Counted from the stretch's first letter, positions 1-9,926 are shown. The stretch is DNA of 64,000 nucleotides from a virus (IMGVR_UViG_3300031993_000024:64001-128000), one strand, 5' to 3'. Notes: generated from the letters alone by a model not told the origin. Numbers and translations: made by a program.

Positions 1-21
1 TAACAAATTTAATTTAAGGAT

Positions 22-507
22 ATGAAAGCAGATTACATAAGCTTCGAAATTGCGAAGCTTCTTAAAGAAAGGGGATTTAACGAAAGTGTCTGGCAAGTTT
101 TTTATGAGGAACTGCCTTCGTCATTACGTACGGCATTTACGAAAAATAAAAAAAAGGTGATTGATTTCTTCTATTCAACAAAGGATACAGAGGTTCCGTC
201 TCTTTTTAGTAACAATAATGAAATTCCGAAATATATCGATACTAATGTCTATGCGGCGCCGACGCTTCAAATAGCAATGAAGTGGCTGAGAGAAGTACAT
301 AAATTATTCATTGAAATAGACTATGAACTCTATAGTAACGTTAATCAGGAAGATGAAAACGAAAAATACCAATATGGTATTGCAATAAAATTCATAAAAC
401 AAAAAGAATTTGAGGAGGTAAAGCGTCTTGTATTAAATACGTTATACAATACCTATGAAGAGGCTGCTATGGATGCCATCAAGTATTGCTTAACGAAACT
501 TTTATAG
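22..507 (+). CDS. hypothetical protein, paralog family B (SFEIAKLLKE...APTLQxAMKWLRE...TYEEA)
   Basis: ORF track; three conserved blocks shared with 2023, 2975, 3376, 51760, 52841, 56169. Confidence 0.85.
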   Translation: MKADYISFEIAKLLKERGFNESVWQVFYEELPSSLRTAFTKNKKKVIDFFYSTKDTEVPSLFSNNNEIPKYIDTNVYAAPTLQIAMKWLREVHKLFIEIDYELYSNVNQEDENEKYQYGIAIKFIKQKEFEEVKRLVLNTLYNTYEEAAMDAIKYCLTKLL

Positions 508-511
508 GCCT

Positions 512-655
512 ATGGTTATAGTAGTAATATATCATGATGAATATCAGTCTGTTCTGAGGTCAAAAGAATTCTATAGCTGGAATCAGGCCATTCCATTCTG
601 CGAATATCTTCACAGTAAAAATCTGTTTGTTGATACAAGAATGGTAATGAAATAG
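512..655 (+). CDS. small hypothetical protein (47 aa, below track cutoff)
   Basis: ATG512 to TAG655, read by hand; fills the gap after the first gene. Confidence 0.5.
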   Translation: MVIVVIYHDEYQSVLRSKEFYSWNQAIPFCEYLHSKNLFVDTRMVMK

Positions 656-736
656 GACTATGCCTATATTGCTGGAATTCGTCATGAAGGCATTCAAGGT
701 TGAAAGCGGAAGAATGAGCAAGGTTTAATGTTAAAT

Positions 737-749
737 GTTGTTTTTTATA
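737..749 (+). promoter_or_regulatory. repeated phage promoter-like motif GTTGTTTTTTATA (copy 1 of 12)
   Basis: identical 13-mer upstream of ORF 762. Confidence 0.7.
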
Positions 750-761
750 TAAAATGATTTT

Positions 762-1139
762 ATGAAAGTTGTAATAAACAATAAGATAGGAGTATTCCAT
801 TTTACCAAGGAACAGGCTGAATGGTTATTCAATAATGCGATGATACAATCAGTCATATCTCTTCTCATTAGTGATATTATTTCCAGTTTTGGAGATAAAA
901 ATTTGGCCTTTGTACAATTGGATAATTACTATTTGCACAGTTCTGTTTGGCACGAATATAAGTATCGTTCCCATCCATGGATAGTGGAGGCATGTGAGAA
1001 GTTCCCGGATGCGTCGCAGAAAATTGAGGAAATCAAAGGCAGCTATTACAGAATCATAGAACGAAAGGATGGTACTGAATATATAATTACTCCAAGCCTT
1101 GGTGATTTTATAAAGGGATTTGAATGGTTTATGATATGA
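762..1139 (+). CDS. hypothetical protein
   Basis: ORF track; follows motif; ATGA overlap with next gene. Confidence 0.75.
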   Translation: MKVVINNKIGVFHFTKEQAEWLFNNAMIQSVISLLISDIISSFGDKNLAFVQLDNYYLHSSVWHEYKYRSHPWIVEACEKFPDASQKIEEIKGSYYRIIERKDGTEYIITPSLGDFIKGFEWFMI

Positions 1140-1549
1140 AAGCAAAGAATTTACAAACAGGAGAGATTGTCGATAACTTCGGTTATTCAAGAGAGTATGG
1201 GACTGTATCATATATTGACAGTACTGGTCTGCTTAAATTTGATATGACGCCTGTCGATAAGTGGCAGGTTATCAATGATAACAATGAGCCAGAGGTTATG
1301 ACAATGGACGCGAACAAGTTCAAAGGGTTTATGTCTGATTATGCTCTTGATAAGAGAACACAGGTTGCAATATCCGCAATGAACGGCATTCTTGCCAATT
1401 ACGACCAGTTCCGTCATACAATAGTAGAAGCTTATGAAGAAGGTGAAATACATTCGATTCCTGTTGGAGTCGCAAAATTCGCGGTAGCTTGCGCTGACGC
1501 ATTGTTACAACAGTTATCGACTAAAAATAAAGAAAATGAAACCGTTTAA
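1136..1549 (+). CDS. hypothetical protein
   Basis: ORF track (start trimmed to coupled ATG1136). Confidence 0.75.
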   Translation: MKAKNLQTGEIVDNFGYSREYGTVSYIDSTGLLKFDMTPVDKWQVINDNNEPEVMTMDANKFKGFMSDYALDKRTQVAISAMNGILANYDQFRHTIVEAYEEGEIHSIPVGVAKFAVACADALLQQLSTKNKENETV

Positions 1550-1907
1550 TTTAGAGGATGCTAAGAAAGGTTGTCCAATCTGCACAAGAGATGGACATAA
1601 GGCCAGAATAATATGTTATGACTGTAAAGACAAAAAATATCCTATTATAGCGTTAATAGATGAGAACGATTATGAATATCCGGTTCACTACACTATAAAA
1701 GGTGAATATTCAAGTTCAAGTGGTGACAATAAGGCAGACCTCATGATGGCTCCAGTAAAGCATGAAAAATGGATAAACATTTACAGGTCTGAGAAAGGAA
1801 TTTATGCCGGTAATACCATATATGATACTAAAGAACAAGCTATAGAGGCAGGTATCGCCGGACGAGGATATGTTTCTACGTCTAAAATAGAATGGGAGGA
1901 GAAATAG
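1536..1907 (+). CDS. hypothetical phage protein (MKPFNLEDAK...TRDGHKARII type)
   Basis: ORF track; tight packing. Confidence 0.75.
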   Translation: MKPFNLEDAKKGCPICTRDGHKARIICYDCKDKKYPIIALIDENDYEYPVHYTIKGEYSSSSGDNKADLMMAPVKHEKWINIYRSEKGIYAGNTIYDTKEQAIEAGIAGRGYVSTSKIEWEEK

Positions 1908-2022
1908 ATATGATAGCTCTAATTATAATCGGATATTTAATAGGTATATTTTTCCCGATGACATTAGTTGCTGTTGCAATATTTTACATTGGACGTTTAT
2001 TGATTAAATTTTATGATTGGCT

Positions 2023-2412
2023 ATGAGAGAAGATTATGTTAGTTTTGAAATCGCGAAGCTCCTTAAAGAAAAGGGATTCGATTGGATGTGCTCCGTAATA
2101 TATGATTTGGACAGGCCTAAATCCTGCGAAATCAATAAGTACTATACTAATTTCGGGACATCAAACCATAACAAATGGACTGATTTAGTATCTGCACCGA
2201 CTCCACAGATGGCAATGAAGTGGCTGAGAGAGGTTAAGAATGTCTTTATCTCTATTGAGTATAGTTACATTTGCTATCAATATAAGTACACTATATGCCT
2301 TGCTGATTCTTCGTTAAATCATAAAAGTGGGGCAAATGTAGATTATGACTACAAAACTTATGAAGAGGCAGTCGAGGCTGCATTGAAATACGCATTAACA
2401 AATATAATATAA
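2023..2412 (+). CDS. hypothetical protein, family B
   Basis: VSFEIAKLLKEKGF / APTPQMAMKWLRE / YKTYEEAVEAALKY. Confidence 0.85.
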   Translation: MREDYVSFEIAKLLKEKGFDWMCSVIYDLDRPKSCEINKYYTNFGTSNHNKWTDLVSAPTPQMAMKWLREVKNVFISIEYSYICYQYKYTICLADSSLNHKSGANVDYDYKTYEEAVEAALKYALTNII

Positions 2413-2418
2413 ACGATT

Positions 2419-2742
2419 ATGACAAACTTAAGATTATCGACAATTACAAGCAAGATGAAGCAATTAAGGATTGCTGTCTATTCAGTACGTATCGCAAAAC
2501 TTTTAATGGCTTTACTGTACCTGATATTCTGTATAGCATACTACGTTATATGGTTTGCTATATTTCTGCCATTCTTTATCATAGGCATGATTATATCGAT
2601 GTTTGTCATACCTGCTGTTGTGTATGTCGCTACAGGTGATTGGGCTTATAACACATACTCTGACAAATTTTGTGAGCTTTGTACCGATATTCATGATTTC
2701 CCTGTAGATAATTGTTTTGAAAGTAAAATTTTAAGGTTATAA
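2419..2742 (+). CDS. predicted membrane protein
   Basis: long hydrophobic stretch. Confidence 0.65.
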   Translation: MTNLRLSTITSKMKQLRIAVYSVRIAKLLMALLYLIFCIAYYVIWFAIFLPFFIIGMIISMFVIPAVVYVATGDWAYNTYSDKFCELCTDIHDFPVDNCFESKILRL

Positions 2743-2746
2743 GATT

Positions 2747-2968
2747 ATGTGCATAGGATTTATTTTATTGATTTTAGCAGTCGTATCATTCTTTATGCTC
2801 GGCTGCATTCTTACAAGGCATTCTGAAAAGAAGAACTATAATAACAGCATCTGTCCAAAATGCGGCGAGAAGCTTCGGCAGTTCGATATTGCTTCTGACG
2901 GCAGCAGAGGATATACATGCAATAAATGCGGTTATACGACGTGGTGCTCATATAATGTTGATAAATAA
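2747..2968 (+). CDS. small membrane-anchored zinc-ribbon protein
   Basis: N-terminal hydrophobic helix; CPKC...CNKC. Confidence 0.65.
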   Translation: MCIGFILLILAVVSFFMLGCILTRHSEKKNYNNSICPKCGEKLRQFDIASDGSRGYTCNKCGYTTWCSYNVDK

Positions 2969-2974
2969 GTAGTT

Positions 2975-3373
2975 ATGACAGACGTATATATAGACGAAGC
3001 AACAGCTAAATTCCTGTACGACAAACAGTACGGCTGGGAATATACGGATACATACGTTCTTAATCCGTATAGTACGAATCGAGCGGTTTATCCAAAGATA
3101 ACTCAGGCCCTCGCTATGAAGTGGCTTCGAGACATCAAGGGAATCATTATAGAAGTGAATGTCAACTATGACATGACAGCTGATATGATGGACGCAAGCG
3201 ACGTCGGGCAAGCGAAAGAAATAGAGGGCAGTGTGACTCGTTTCTGCGGATATGGCTACACGATACATCGTAAGTCGCCTCATTCGATATTGCATGAGAG
3301 CGATAAGGATTTCACGACTTACGAAGAGGCGGTGGAAGCTGCATTGAAATACACGTTAATAAATCTTGTATAA
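2975..3373 (+). CDS. hypothetical protein, family B
   Basis: YPKITQALAMKWLRD / FTTYEEAVEAALKY. Confidence 0.85.
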   Translation: MTDVYIDEATAKFLYDKQYGWEYTDTYVLNPYSTNRAVYPKITQALAMKWLRDIKGIIIEVNVNYDMTADMMDASDVGQAKEIEGSVTRFCGYGYTIHRKSPHSILHESDKDFTTYEEAVEAALKYTLINLV

Positions 3374-3375
3374 TT

Positions 3376-3765
3376 ATGAGCGAATCTGAAGAATATGTAT
3401 CAAAGAAAACCGCGAAACTTTTGAATGGCAAAGGTTTTGACTGGGTATGCCGTACGCGATGCTTTTATCCGACAAGTAAGTTCGATTATGAAGAAGGAAT
3501 TTATGCGCCTACTCTTGCAACAGCCATCAGATGGCTGAGGGAAAGACATAAGCTGTACATTACAATCTTGCCTAAGGAAATCTGTCTAATCTATGATTAT
3601 GACAGTACAATAAATGCTTACTGTACAGGCAAATACACTTGGCTTGTCGCTAATGATAATGGGATGGAGGTTGTCAAAGGCAATGATGTAGATAAGAAAT
3701 TTCAGAAAAATTATGAAATGGCTGCAGATGCCGCTTTAAGGTATTGCCTGACAAATTTGCTTTAA
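3376..3765 (+). CDS. hypothetical protein, family B
   Basis: SKKTAKLLNGKGF / APTLATAIRWLRE / NYEMAADAALRYCL. Confidence 0.85.
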   Translation: MSESEEYVSKKTAKLLNGKGFDWVCRTRCFYPTSKFDYEEGIYAPTLATAIRWLRERHKLYITILPKEICLIYDYDSTINAYCTGKYTWLVANDNGMEVVKGNDVDKKFQKNYEMAADAALRYCLTNLL

Positions 3766-3777
3766 ACATAGTTAAAA

Positions 3778-4118
3778 TGATTTTAGGAGATAGATTAGTA
3801 GCAATCGTAGATTTATATGAGTCTGGATTTACGGTAACTCAGAAGCAGTTCCGTTGCAAGTACTCATTATATAAGGATTTGTGCAAAAATGAAGATATTG
3901 TCAGACAGCCGCCATGTGATGTTCTGAGGGCGTCTTATAAAGATTTCACGGATATGAATGGAATACAGCAGTTTCTCGACATCGAGCTTATGGATAATGA
4001 TATTATTATATGGAGATGTAATAGTGAATCTCCTGAAAGCTCAAAGTTTTTAGCTGGTCTGAAAGAAAGATATAAACAAAAAGATATTACGAACATCCGA
4101 AAAATTTTAGAGTTATGA
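3778..4118 (+). CDS. hypothetical protein
   Basis: ORF track 3744-4118, likely ATG3778. Confidence 0.7.
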
Positions 4119-4360
4119 TAGAAAACTATGTTATTGAAAGACACAATTCCGACGAAGCTACACACATAGCTGAAAAACATTGGAATGATTACAAGACTGC
4201 TTATAATGCTGCTATGACAATGGCTGAGCAGAAAGACAAATCGTTTGAAAAAGTTATGAGTACTTTGAAGGCTCACCTTGATGCGGCAGATTCATCAAAT
4301 GATAATGAGGGATTCTGTGAGGCGCTGAGAGAAATTTATTATGACATAGAAGTTTTATAG
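4115..4360 (+). CDS. hypothetical protein, family E-like (AMxMAxxKDxxF)
   Basis: AAMTMAEQKDKSF. Confidence 0.7.
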   Translation: MIENYVIERHNSDEATHIAEKHWNDYKTAYNAAMTMAEQKDKSFEKVMSTLKAHLDAADSSNDNEGFCEALREIYYDIEVL

Positions 4361-4362
4361 TT

Positions 4363-5163
4363 ATGAAAAATAAGAATATTTTATTGATAGCGGGTGTCCA
4401 CGGAGACGAACAGAATGCAATAAAGGTTTGTCATGATGTCGTTAAAGAAAACCCTTGGAAACTATTTGTCCTGCCTGAAAGCGAGGAGGCGCGTAAAAAG
4501 AATGTGAGGTGCGTTAACGGCTACGACTGGAACCGCCACGCATCTGAAATTGATTTGAAGAATGTTTCCGACTACGATGTCGTCATGGACGTGCATTGTT
4601 CTCCGAATCTACTTAACTGCGTAGTCATAGACAACAACAGGTACGCAGCCAACTATATAAAGTTCTGTAATGAGAATGACATACCGTATGCCTTGGTTGA
4701 CGCGAATGATACGATAAAGAATGCTGTTATCAGGAATACAAGCCTGCATGTAATGTCAGGAGCACATACCGCTGCGTTTACAGTGGAACTTAACGGTATG
4801 GGTATTACAAGCAGGGAGGTATATGACAATAACGTCAGATTTCTGAACAAACTCATAGAAGCTTTCTGTAAGAGCGACATCGATTTTTATGTGGTGCAGA
4901 ACCTCATCGATTTTACGTCTCAGCTTGCTGATGTCAAGTGCAATGACTTTACATACCATAATTATGGTGAGAAAGTTTTTATAAGCGAGGATATTCAAGG
5001 ATTCTATAAGAAAGGAGACACGATTCTTACATTATCGTTTCCAGGAAGGACTGATACAGTATATACGGCGCCTGAAGATGGATGGGTGATAGATTATGAT
5101 GACTGTCCGTATGTGTATTTCGGAAGCAGGTTGTTTGAATTCCAGAAAAAGATAATCATATAA
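4363..5163 (+). CDS. M14-type zinc hydrolase (succinylglutamate desuccinylase/aspartoacylase-like)
   Basis: AGVHGDE Zn motif, NRH, DVHC and FTVEL motifs. Confidence 0.7.
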   Translation: MKNKNILLIAGVHGDEQNAIKVCHDVVKENPWKLFVLPESEEARKKNVRCVNGYDWNRHASEIDLKNVSDYDVVMDVHCSPNLLNCVVIDNNRYAANYIKFCNENDIPYALVDANDTIKNAVIRNTSLHVMSGAHTAAFTVELNGMGITSREVYDNNVRFLNKLIEAFCKSDIDFYVVQNLIDFTSQLADVKCNDFTYHNYGEKVFISEDIQGFYKKGDTILTLSFPGRTDTVYTAPEDGWVIDYDDCPYVYFGSRLFEFQKKIII

Positions 5164-5173
5164 GAGTTGAGAC

Positions 5174-5773
5174 ATGAAAAAGAAATTGTCCGAAATGTAT
5201 AAGAATGTCATTATCCATAAAGGCAATATTGATATGGATAATGTTACCTGTATGCCTATTACCCAAATTATGAAAGATAATAAGGCAGCAGCGATAATCG
5301 CTGCAAAATGGGTTGAAAGCTATAAGAACCGTGAGAATAACATCACTATCGAAGAAGCTGTAAACAAGGCGTGTGACGAGATATACCGGGAAGAAGAACG
5401 CCAGCTTATGCGAATCGCGACTAATTTTGTGAAGGAGAACTTTATCTGGAATCAGAAGCTGATAAATGAGATGGAGGATAAGATGAGGAGGGTGAAGGCA
5501 GATTTCAAAGACAACCGGCCTATAGTAGAACTTGATGGTTGGAAGAAGGAAGAACCTGATACAGATTGCTATGTCCTGCTGATGACAGAAGAATTCCCGA
5601 AGAACTGTTTCTACATTGTCGCCGAATGGGATAATGATGCCAAATGTTTTTATTCTGAGGCTTCTGATATGCCTATAAAACATTGGGACTGCTGGAAGCT
5701 TATTGAAAGAAATGAATACTTAAAAGGCAAGTCTTACAAGGAAAGGCTTAATGAGATTGCTAATAACCTATAA
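5174..5773 (+). CDS. hypothetical protein
   Basis: ORF track. Confidence 0.75.
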   Translation: MKKKLSEMYKNVIIHKGNIDMDNVTCMPITQIMKDNKAAAIIAAKWVESYKNRENNITIEEAVNKACDEIYREEERQLMRIATNFVKENFIWNQKLINEMEDKMRRVKADFKDNRPIVELDGWKKEEPDTDCYVLLMTEEFPKNCFYIVAEWDNDAKCFYSEASDMPIKHWDCWKLIERNEYLKGKSYKERLNEIANNL

Positions 5774-5784
5774 ATCATATAATT

Positions 5785-6228
5785 ATGAAAATATTTAATT
5801 TTGGCATACCTCTTTTTGATGTCGATGTAAGGTTGATACAATCAGAAACAAATGATAACTATAAAGAAATTGTTGAGTCATGTGCATTCGCAGGTCTTCT
5901 TGAAGAAGATTTGAAGGATATTGAAGGTAAGCTGTCCAGAGGTTTTCATGACGGTGGAGAACTCTATTGGAATTTCAATGAGAAAAGGTTTCTTATAGTT
6001 TTCTATAATATGACTAACGAGAAGGATATGATAAAAATATATATGCACGAGAAACGCCATCTTGAAGACAGGATACTTGAATTCTGCAGCATACACGACA
6101 TGGAGACAGCTGCCTATCTGTCTGGCTACCTTGGAGTGATATTCTATAATTTTTTGATGAGAAAGCTTGCAACCGCCGAACGTAAGCAAGATAATTCTTG
6201 CGAAGAAAACGAAGAATTCCAAAATTGA
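5785..6228 (+). CDS. hypothetical protein (HExxH-like MHEKRH)
   Basis: ORF track; similar in layout to 54196-54627. Confidence 0.7.
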   Translation: MKIFNFGIPLFDVDVRLIQSETNDNYKEIVESCAFAGLLEEDLKDIEGKLSRGFHDGGELYWNFNEKRFLIVFYNMTNEKDMIKIYMHEKRHLEDRILEFCSIHDMETAAYLSGYLGVIFYNFLMRKLATAERKQDNSCEENEEFQN

Positions 6229-6259
6229 TAAATAAAATGAATCTATAAACTATATCATT

Positions 6260-6496
6260 ATGGGAAAATTGAAAACGTTTAGTAAAGTTATAGGCGAGTC
6301 GCAGCACAGTGTAGAAATGGTGAAGTCATTGTTTAAGCCTGGAGATAAGATTAAAATCGATTTTATGGTTGGCGAGCCTCAATACAGTGGCAAGACAGGA
6401 GAAGTTGAATATATTGACGACATCGGTCAGATTCACGGCTCATGGGGAGGTTGCGCGTTGATTTACGGTGAAGACCATTTCCACAAAATCGAATAA
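6260..6496 (+). CDS. DUF4314-like small protein
   Basis: GDKI...GKTGEVEYIDDIGQIHGSW...GEDHF pattern. Confidence 0.6.
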   Translation: MGKLKTFSKVIGESQHSVEMVKSLFKPGDKIKIDFMVGEPQYSGKTGEVEYIDDIGQIHGSWGGCALIYGEDHFHKIE

Positions 6497-6526
6497 AGTC
6501 TGTCAAATAATTCTTTTGAAATTAGA

Positions 6527-6560
6527 CCTATCGTTTATAAAAGCGATAGGCTTTCTTATT
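6527..6560 (+). terminator. intrinsic terminator
   Basis: CCTATCGTTT-ATAA-AAGCGATAGG hairpin followed by a T-rich tail. Confidence 0.7.
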
Positions 6561-6627
6561 TATAATGAAAATTTTTCTTACTGAAAATCAGTTAGTTACA
6601 TATATGTTATAAAAATTTTTAACAGTT

Positions 6628-6661
6628 TTTGTTAGAAATAAGATTTTTCATACTATATTTG
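6628..6661 (+). promoter_or_regulatory. Bacteroidota sigma-A-like promoter (TTTG ... TAnnTTTG)
   Basis: TTTG 6628-6631 and TATATTTG 6654-6661, directly after a terminator. Confidence 0.5.
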
Positions 6662-6690
6662 TGGAAACAAAACTTAAAATAAACAAAGAG

Positions 6691-6891
6691 ATGGAAATAA
6701 TAAAAGTATCAGGAAAGAGATTGTATCACGAATATACAGACGCAACTGAATTTGATGAGTTGCGCGCCTGGAAAGGATGTTCAGCACAGAAGAGCGCTAC
6801 CCACAAGAACTCATTCAAGAGAATCAAGAGAACTTTCACTAAGAAAGTTCGTCGCGCATTGAAGGTATCATTAAATAATCAAGAGTTATGA
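6691..6891 (+). CDS. small basic hypothetical protein
   Basis: ORF track 6661-6891; likely ATG6691. Confidence 0.65.
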   Translation: MEIIKVSGKRLYHEYTDATEFDELRAWKGCSAQKSATHKNSFKRIKRTFTKKVRRALKVSLNNQEL

Positions 6892-7127
6892 AAGCAATCG
6901 ATATTATAAAGGCAGACTGTGACAAGGCAGTCAGAGTCATAGAATCCTGCAAGACATACGAACATTACGACGCAGCTGTCCAATATGTGTCTCTTCTTAT
7001 GGACAAGGTATCAAGGCTTAGACATGAATGCGGCTATGGCGACGATACCGGTAAAATTCAGGATAAGATGATAAGCAACGTATATTCAGTCTTGCGGAAA
7101 TCTATGTATGCACACTGGAACAACTAA
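6888..7127 (+). CDS. hypothetical protein
   Basis: ORF track; ATGA overlap. Confidence 0.7.
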   Translation: MKAIDIIKADCDKAVRVIESCKTYEHYDAAVQYVSLLMDKVSRLRHECGYGDDTGKIQDKMISNVYSVLRKSMYAHWNN

Positions 7128-8034
7128 CAAAGCAGAAATAATTCAAAACAAAACAATTATGGAATTCGAAGTTAGAAAAAATACGAAGAGCCTGACAAAG
7201 TGTCTGGACGCAGTTATAAAGTTTGATACTTGCGACGGCAAGTTTGCCGAAGTGTCTTATGATGAGGTGAACAAGTTCATCAAAAGCGAAAACCTTAAAG
7301 GCGTCCTTTGTGACGGCAATTACGTCATAAGTGAAATCGGTGTTCTTGTCGAGACCGAATACCTCGACGGCAAGAAATATAAGATGTACCAACATTTTGT
7401 AGTTCGTGAGAACTATCTTGTTGCAACGCTGAATTACAAGAAGAAGATTATGTGGTCGGTTGTTTCAGACCGGGATATGAATACATTTGAGATGGAATGC
7501 GCTGAGGTTAAATCTGTCTCTTGCTATGTTTATCTGGATGAGTACAAAAAGGGTACAGGACAGCAACGTTTCCTAATAGGCACCGTTACCCCTGACAAGT
7601 TCAAAACCTCTAATATAGGCGGAAAGCAGAAAGTGACGAAAGAGATTGAGAAGAACTGGCAGGATGCGATTGACAAGGTTGTCGCATATCGTGGCTTTCC
7701 TTCCGAAGAATATATCGGCAGCTATCTGACGTCCTGTAAGGTGTATTCTTTGAACTATTCAAAAAATCGGAAGGCTAATATCTTGAGAGGATTGCTTGAC
7801 ACGCCTTTGAAACAGTCGAGCGAGAAACAACAGACATTTCTGTTAAAATTGCTTAACGGCAAGTATTCTGAACTTGATGTATCGTTGTTGAATACATTTC
7901 AATGCAGCGCTATGATAGGACATCTTACGGCAGACTGCCGCTCAGCCGCTGAATGCGATGAGAATGATGAAAAGCTCAAGAAGCTCTACGAATTCCTTCT
8001 TGACAGACAGAATAATAACATAAAAAATTTTTAG
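7108..8034 (+). CDS. hypothetical protein
   Basis: 308-aa ORF. Confidence 0.8.
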   Translation: MHTGTTNKAEIIQNKTIMEFEVRKNTKSLTKCLDAVIKFDTCDGKFAEVSYDEVNKFIKSENLKGVLCDGNYVISEIGVLVETEYLDGKKYKMYQHFVVRENYLVATLNYKKKIMWSVVSDRDMNTFEMECAEVKSVSCYVYLDEYKKGTGQQRFLIGTVTPDKFKTSNIGGKQKVTKEIEKNWQDAIDKVVAYRGFPSEEYIGSYLTSCKVYSLNYSKNRKANILRGLLDTPLKQSSEKQQTFLLKLLNGKYSELDVSLLNTFQCSAMIGHLTADCRSAAECDENDEKLKKLYEFLLDRQNNNIKNF

Positions 8035-8064
8035 TCAGTGGTTAGGCTGAATGATTTCACAAAC

Positions 8065-8077
8065 GTTGTTTTTTATA
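8065..8077 (+). promoter_or_regulatory. GTTGTTTTTTATA motif
   Basis: identical 13-mer upstream of ORF 8094. Confidence 0.7.
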
Positions 8078-8093
8078 TAAAAATATAAGAGAT

Positions 8094-8333
8094 ATGATAA
8101 TGGAAGACTTTAAGGCGGCTGATTCGCTTTATAACAAGATACAGCTGCTCAAGACAGAAAATCGCAAGCTTGAGAATTTTAAGGACAGAGTTCCGATAAC
8201 TCTGACTACAGGAATACATGAAAGCGATGTCGTAATCAGAGATTCCGAACGATGCAAAAGTATTGTCAATTTCATTCAGAGCGAGAACTTGAAGAAAATT
8301 AAGAATCTTGAAGAAGAATTCGAGAAGATATAA
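8094..8333 (+). CDS. hypothetical protein
   Basis: ORF track. Confidence 0.7.
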   Translation: MIMEDFKAADSLYNKIQLLKTENRKLENFKDRVPITLTTGIHESDVVIRDSERCKSIVNFIQSENLKKIKNLEEEFEKI

Positions 8334-8335
8334 CT

Positions 8336-8572
8336 ATGAAGAGATTCGTAAAAATATCCGTTATTATTTCTGTCCTGATACTGCCTATGCAGTCATATTG
8401 CCAGAAACTTACCGTTAGAAGTGATTACCTCATTCCGACTAACAAGGAAATCAAGGCTCATTGCTATGACTGTTCGCGGCAAGACGTCAAGGAGATGAGG
8501 GAAGAAATAATACTTGATATAAGAAAGCAGGAGTTTGATGACGCCGTGGAATTGAGGAAAACGAGAAATTAG
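8336..8572 (+). CDS. signal-peptide-bearing hypothetical protein; frame continues through TAG8570 and TGA8576 to TAA8641
   Basis: MKRFVKISVIISVLILP N-terminus; read-through frame translated by hand. Confidence 0.65.
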   Translation: MKRFVKISVIISVLILPMQSYCQKLTVRSDYLIPTNKEIKAHCYDCSRQDVKEMREEIILDIRKQEFDDAVELRKTRN

Positions 8573-8659
8573 GCGTGAAACATCGATTCTGGGACACTTT
8601 CACTAAGAATTAAGCAACAATACAAGAAAAAACAAAAATAACATCTTAAAACAAGCAAA

Positions 8660-9115
8660 ATGGAAGAAAATGTTAAAATAACGCAGAATCAGGATAGGTT
8701 ACCGGATGCAGGCATTCTGTCTATGGACCTCGCAAGTCGAGTTCCTTACGGCGTCAAGCTTGATTATTGCGACAGGAAATCAGGCGTGCATTATGAATGT
8801 ACGCTAATATCAGCCGGCTACCGGATACAAATCAAGGAAAGTCCGTTCTATTGCAATATAGACGACGTGAAGCCGTATTTGCGCTCGATGTCGAAAATAA
8901 CGAAAGACGAAAAGGCAAGCCTCAGAGCTACTTTCGGCATTAACGACAAATATGAATTCGAGAGATGGACGTATGGCGAGGGTATGACGAGCGTCAGCTT
9001 GAAAGATGTCGTCAAATTTTTCGACTGGCTGAACAGTCATCACATCGATTACCGGAATCTTATAAGAAAGGGTCTTGCTATCGAGGCCCCAGAAAATATG
9101 TATGACCTAAAATAG
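8660..9115 (+). CDS. hypothetical protein, paralog family A (DLxxRLPYGV...KPYLRxMSxMT...DWLN.HH.DYR.LI.KGLA.EAPE.MY)
   Basis: three conserved blocks shared with 10 other ORFs in the window. Confidence 0.85.
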   Translation: MEENVKITQNQDRLPDAGILSMDLASRVPYGVKLDYCDRKSGVHYECTLISAGYRIQIKESPFYCNIDDVKPYLRSMSKITKDEKASLRATFGINDKYEFERWTYGEGMTSVSLKDVVKFFDWLNSHHIDYRNLIRKGLAIEAPENMYDLK

Positions 9116-9123
9116 TTTCAATT

Positions 9124-9489
9124 ATGGAAATGGAAAGTATTGTCTATAGGACAAAATGTTATGAGCCGAAATCCGGCAGGTGGTATCAGAAATCGGTTTG
9201 TCTCGCCCATCTATACGGAGGAACCAGCTATGAATGGACAGATACCCCCGACCACAGACTGATGAAAGAGAAAGTTTGCATACGTGAGTTTCTGAATCCA
9301 GACAATATGGATATGTCATGGTACGAAGAAGATGACATCGACAAAGAATATAACAGCAATGACATTAAATATCAGATAAACTTTTCTGACAAGCTTGACG
9401 GCTTCCATCTTGAACGCCTTTTGTACAAAGGCAACGTGATTTATGCCGCTGCTACTGTCTGTACAAAGAAAATCCAAGTTAATTCTTAA
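9124..9489 (+). CDS. hypothetical protein
   Basis: ORF track. Confidence 0.7.
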   Translation: MEMESIVYRTKCYEPKSGRWYQKSVCLAHLYGGTSYEWTDTPDHRLMKEKVCIREFLNPDNMDMSWYEEDDIDKEYNSNDIKYQINFSDKLDGFHLERLLYKGNVIYAAATVCTKKIQVNS

Positions 9490-9500
9490 TTTCCGCGGTT

Positions 9501-9923
9501 ATGGATGATAAAAAATTTTTAGTGACAAGAACAGTAAACGTAAGCGTCAGCTTCCGTGTCACCAATGCCGTAGATGAATTTGTCTATGTCCATAAGGATG
9601 ATTTCCGCGGAGCAGTTAGAATGGATACCATGACGAAGATACACCTTACGTCCGGAGCACGAGACTCGAGAGACCTATATGTCAAGGAATCCGTCGAAGA
9701 GGTAAACGCTCTCGTTGACGAGGCAAAGCAGGTGTGGTTTAGAGAAACCAGCAAGGTAAAAAATTACGACTGTAAGAAGTCTAAGCTTATTGAGAAAGCG
9801 TGCGAATGGCTTGAAGAGAATGCCTATTCCTATAATTACATAAAGGTCGGTCTTGCAGGGCAAGGCGATACCTATGATATTGAAAGTATGCTTGAAGACT
9901 TCAAGAAAGCTATGGAAAAATAA
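9501..9923 (+). CDS. hypothetical protein
   Basis: ORF track. Confidence 0.7.
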   Translation: MDDKKFLVTRTVNVSVSFRVTNAVDEFVYVHKDDFRGAVRMDTMTKIHLTSGARDSRDLYVKESVEEVNALVDEAKQVWFRETSKVKNYDCKKSKLIEKACEWLEENAYSYNYIKVGLAGQGDTYDIESMLEDFKKAMEK

Positions 9924-9926
9924 CTT

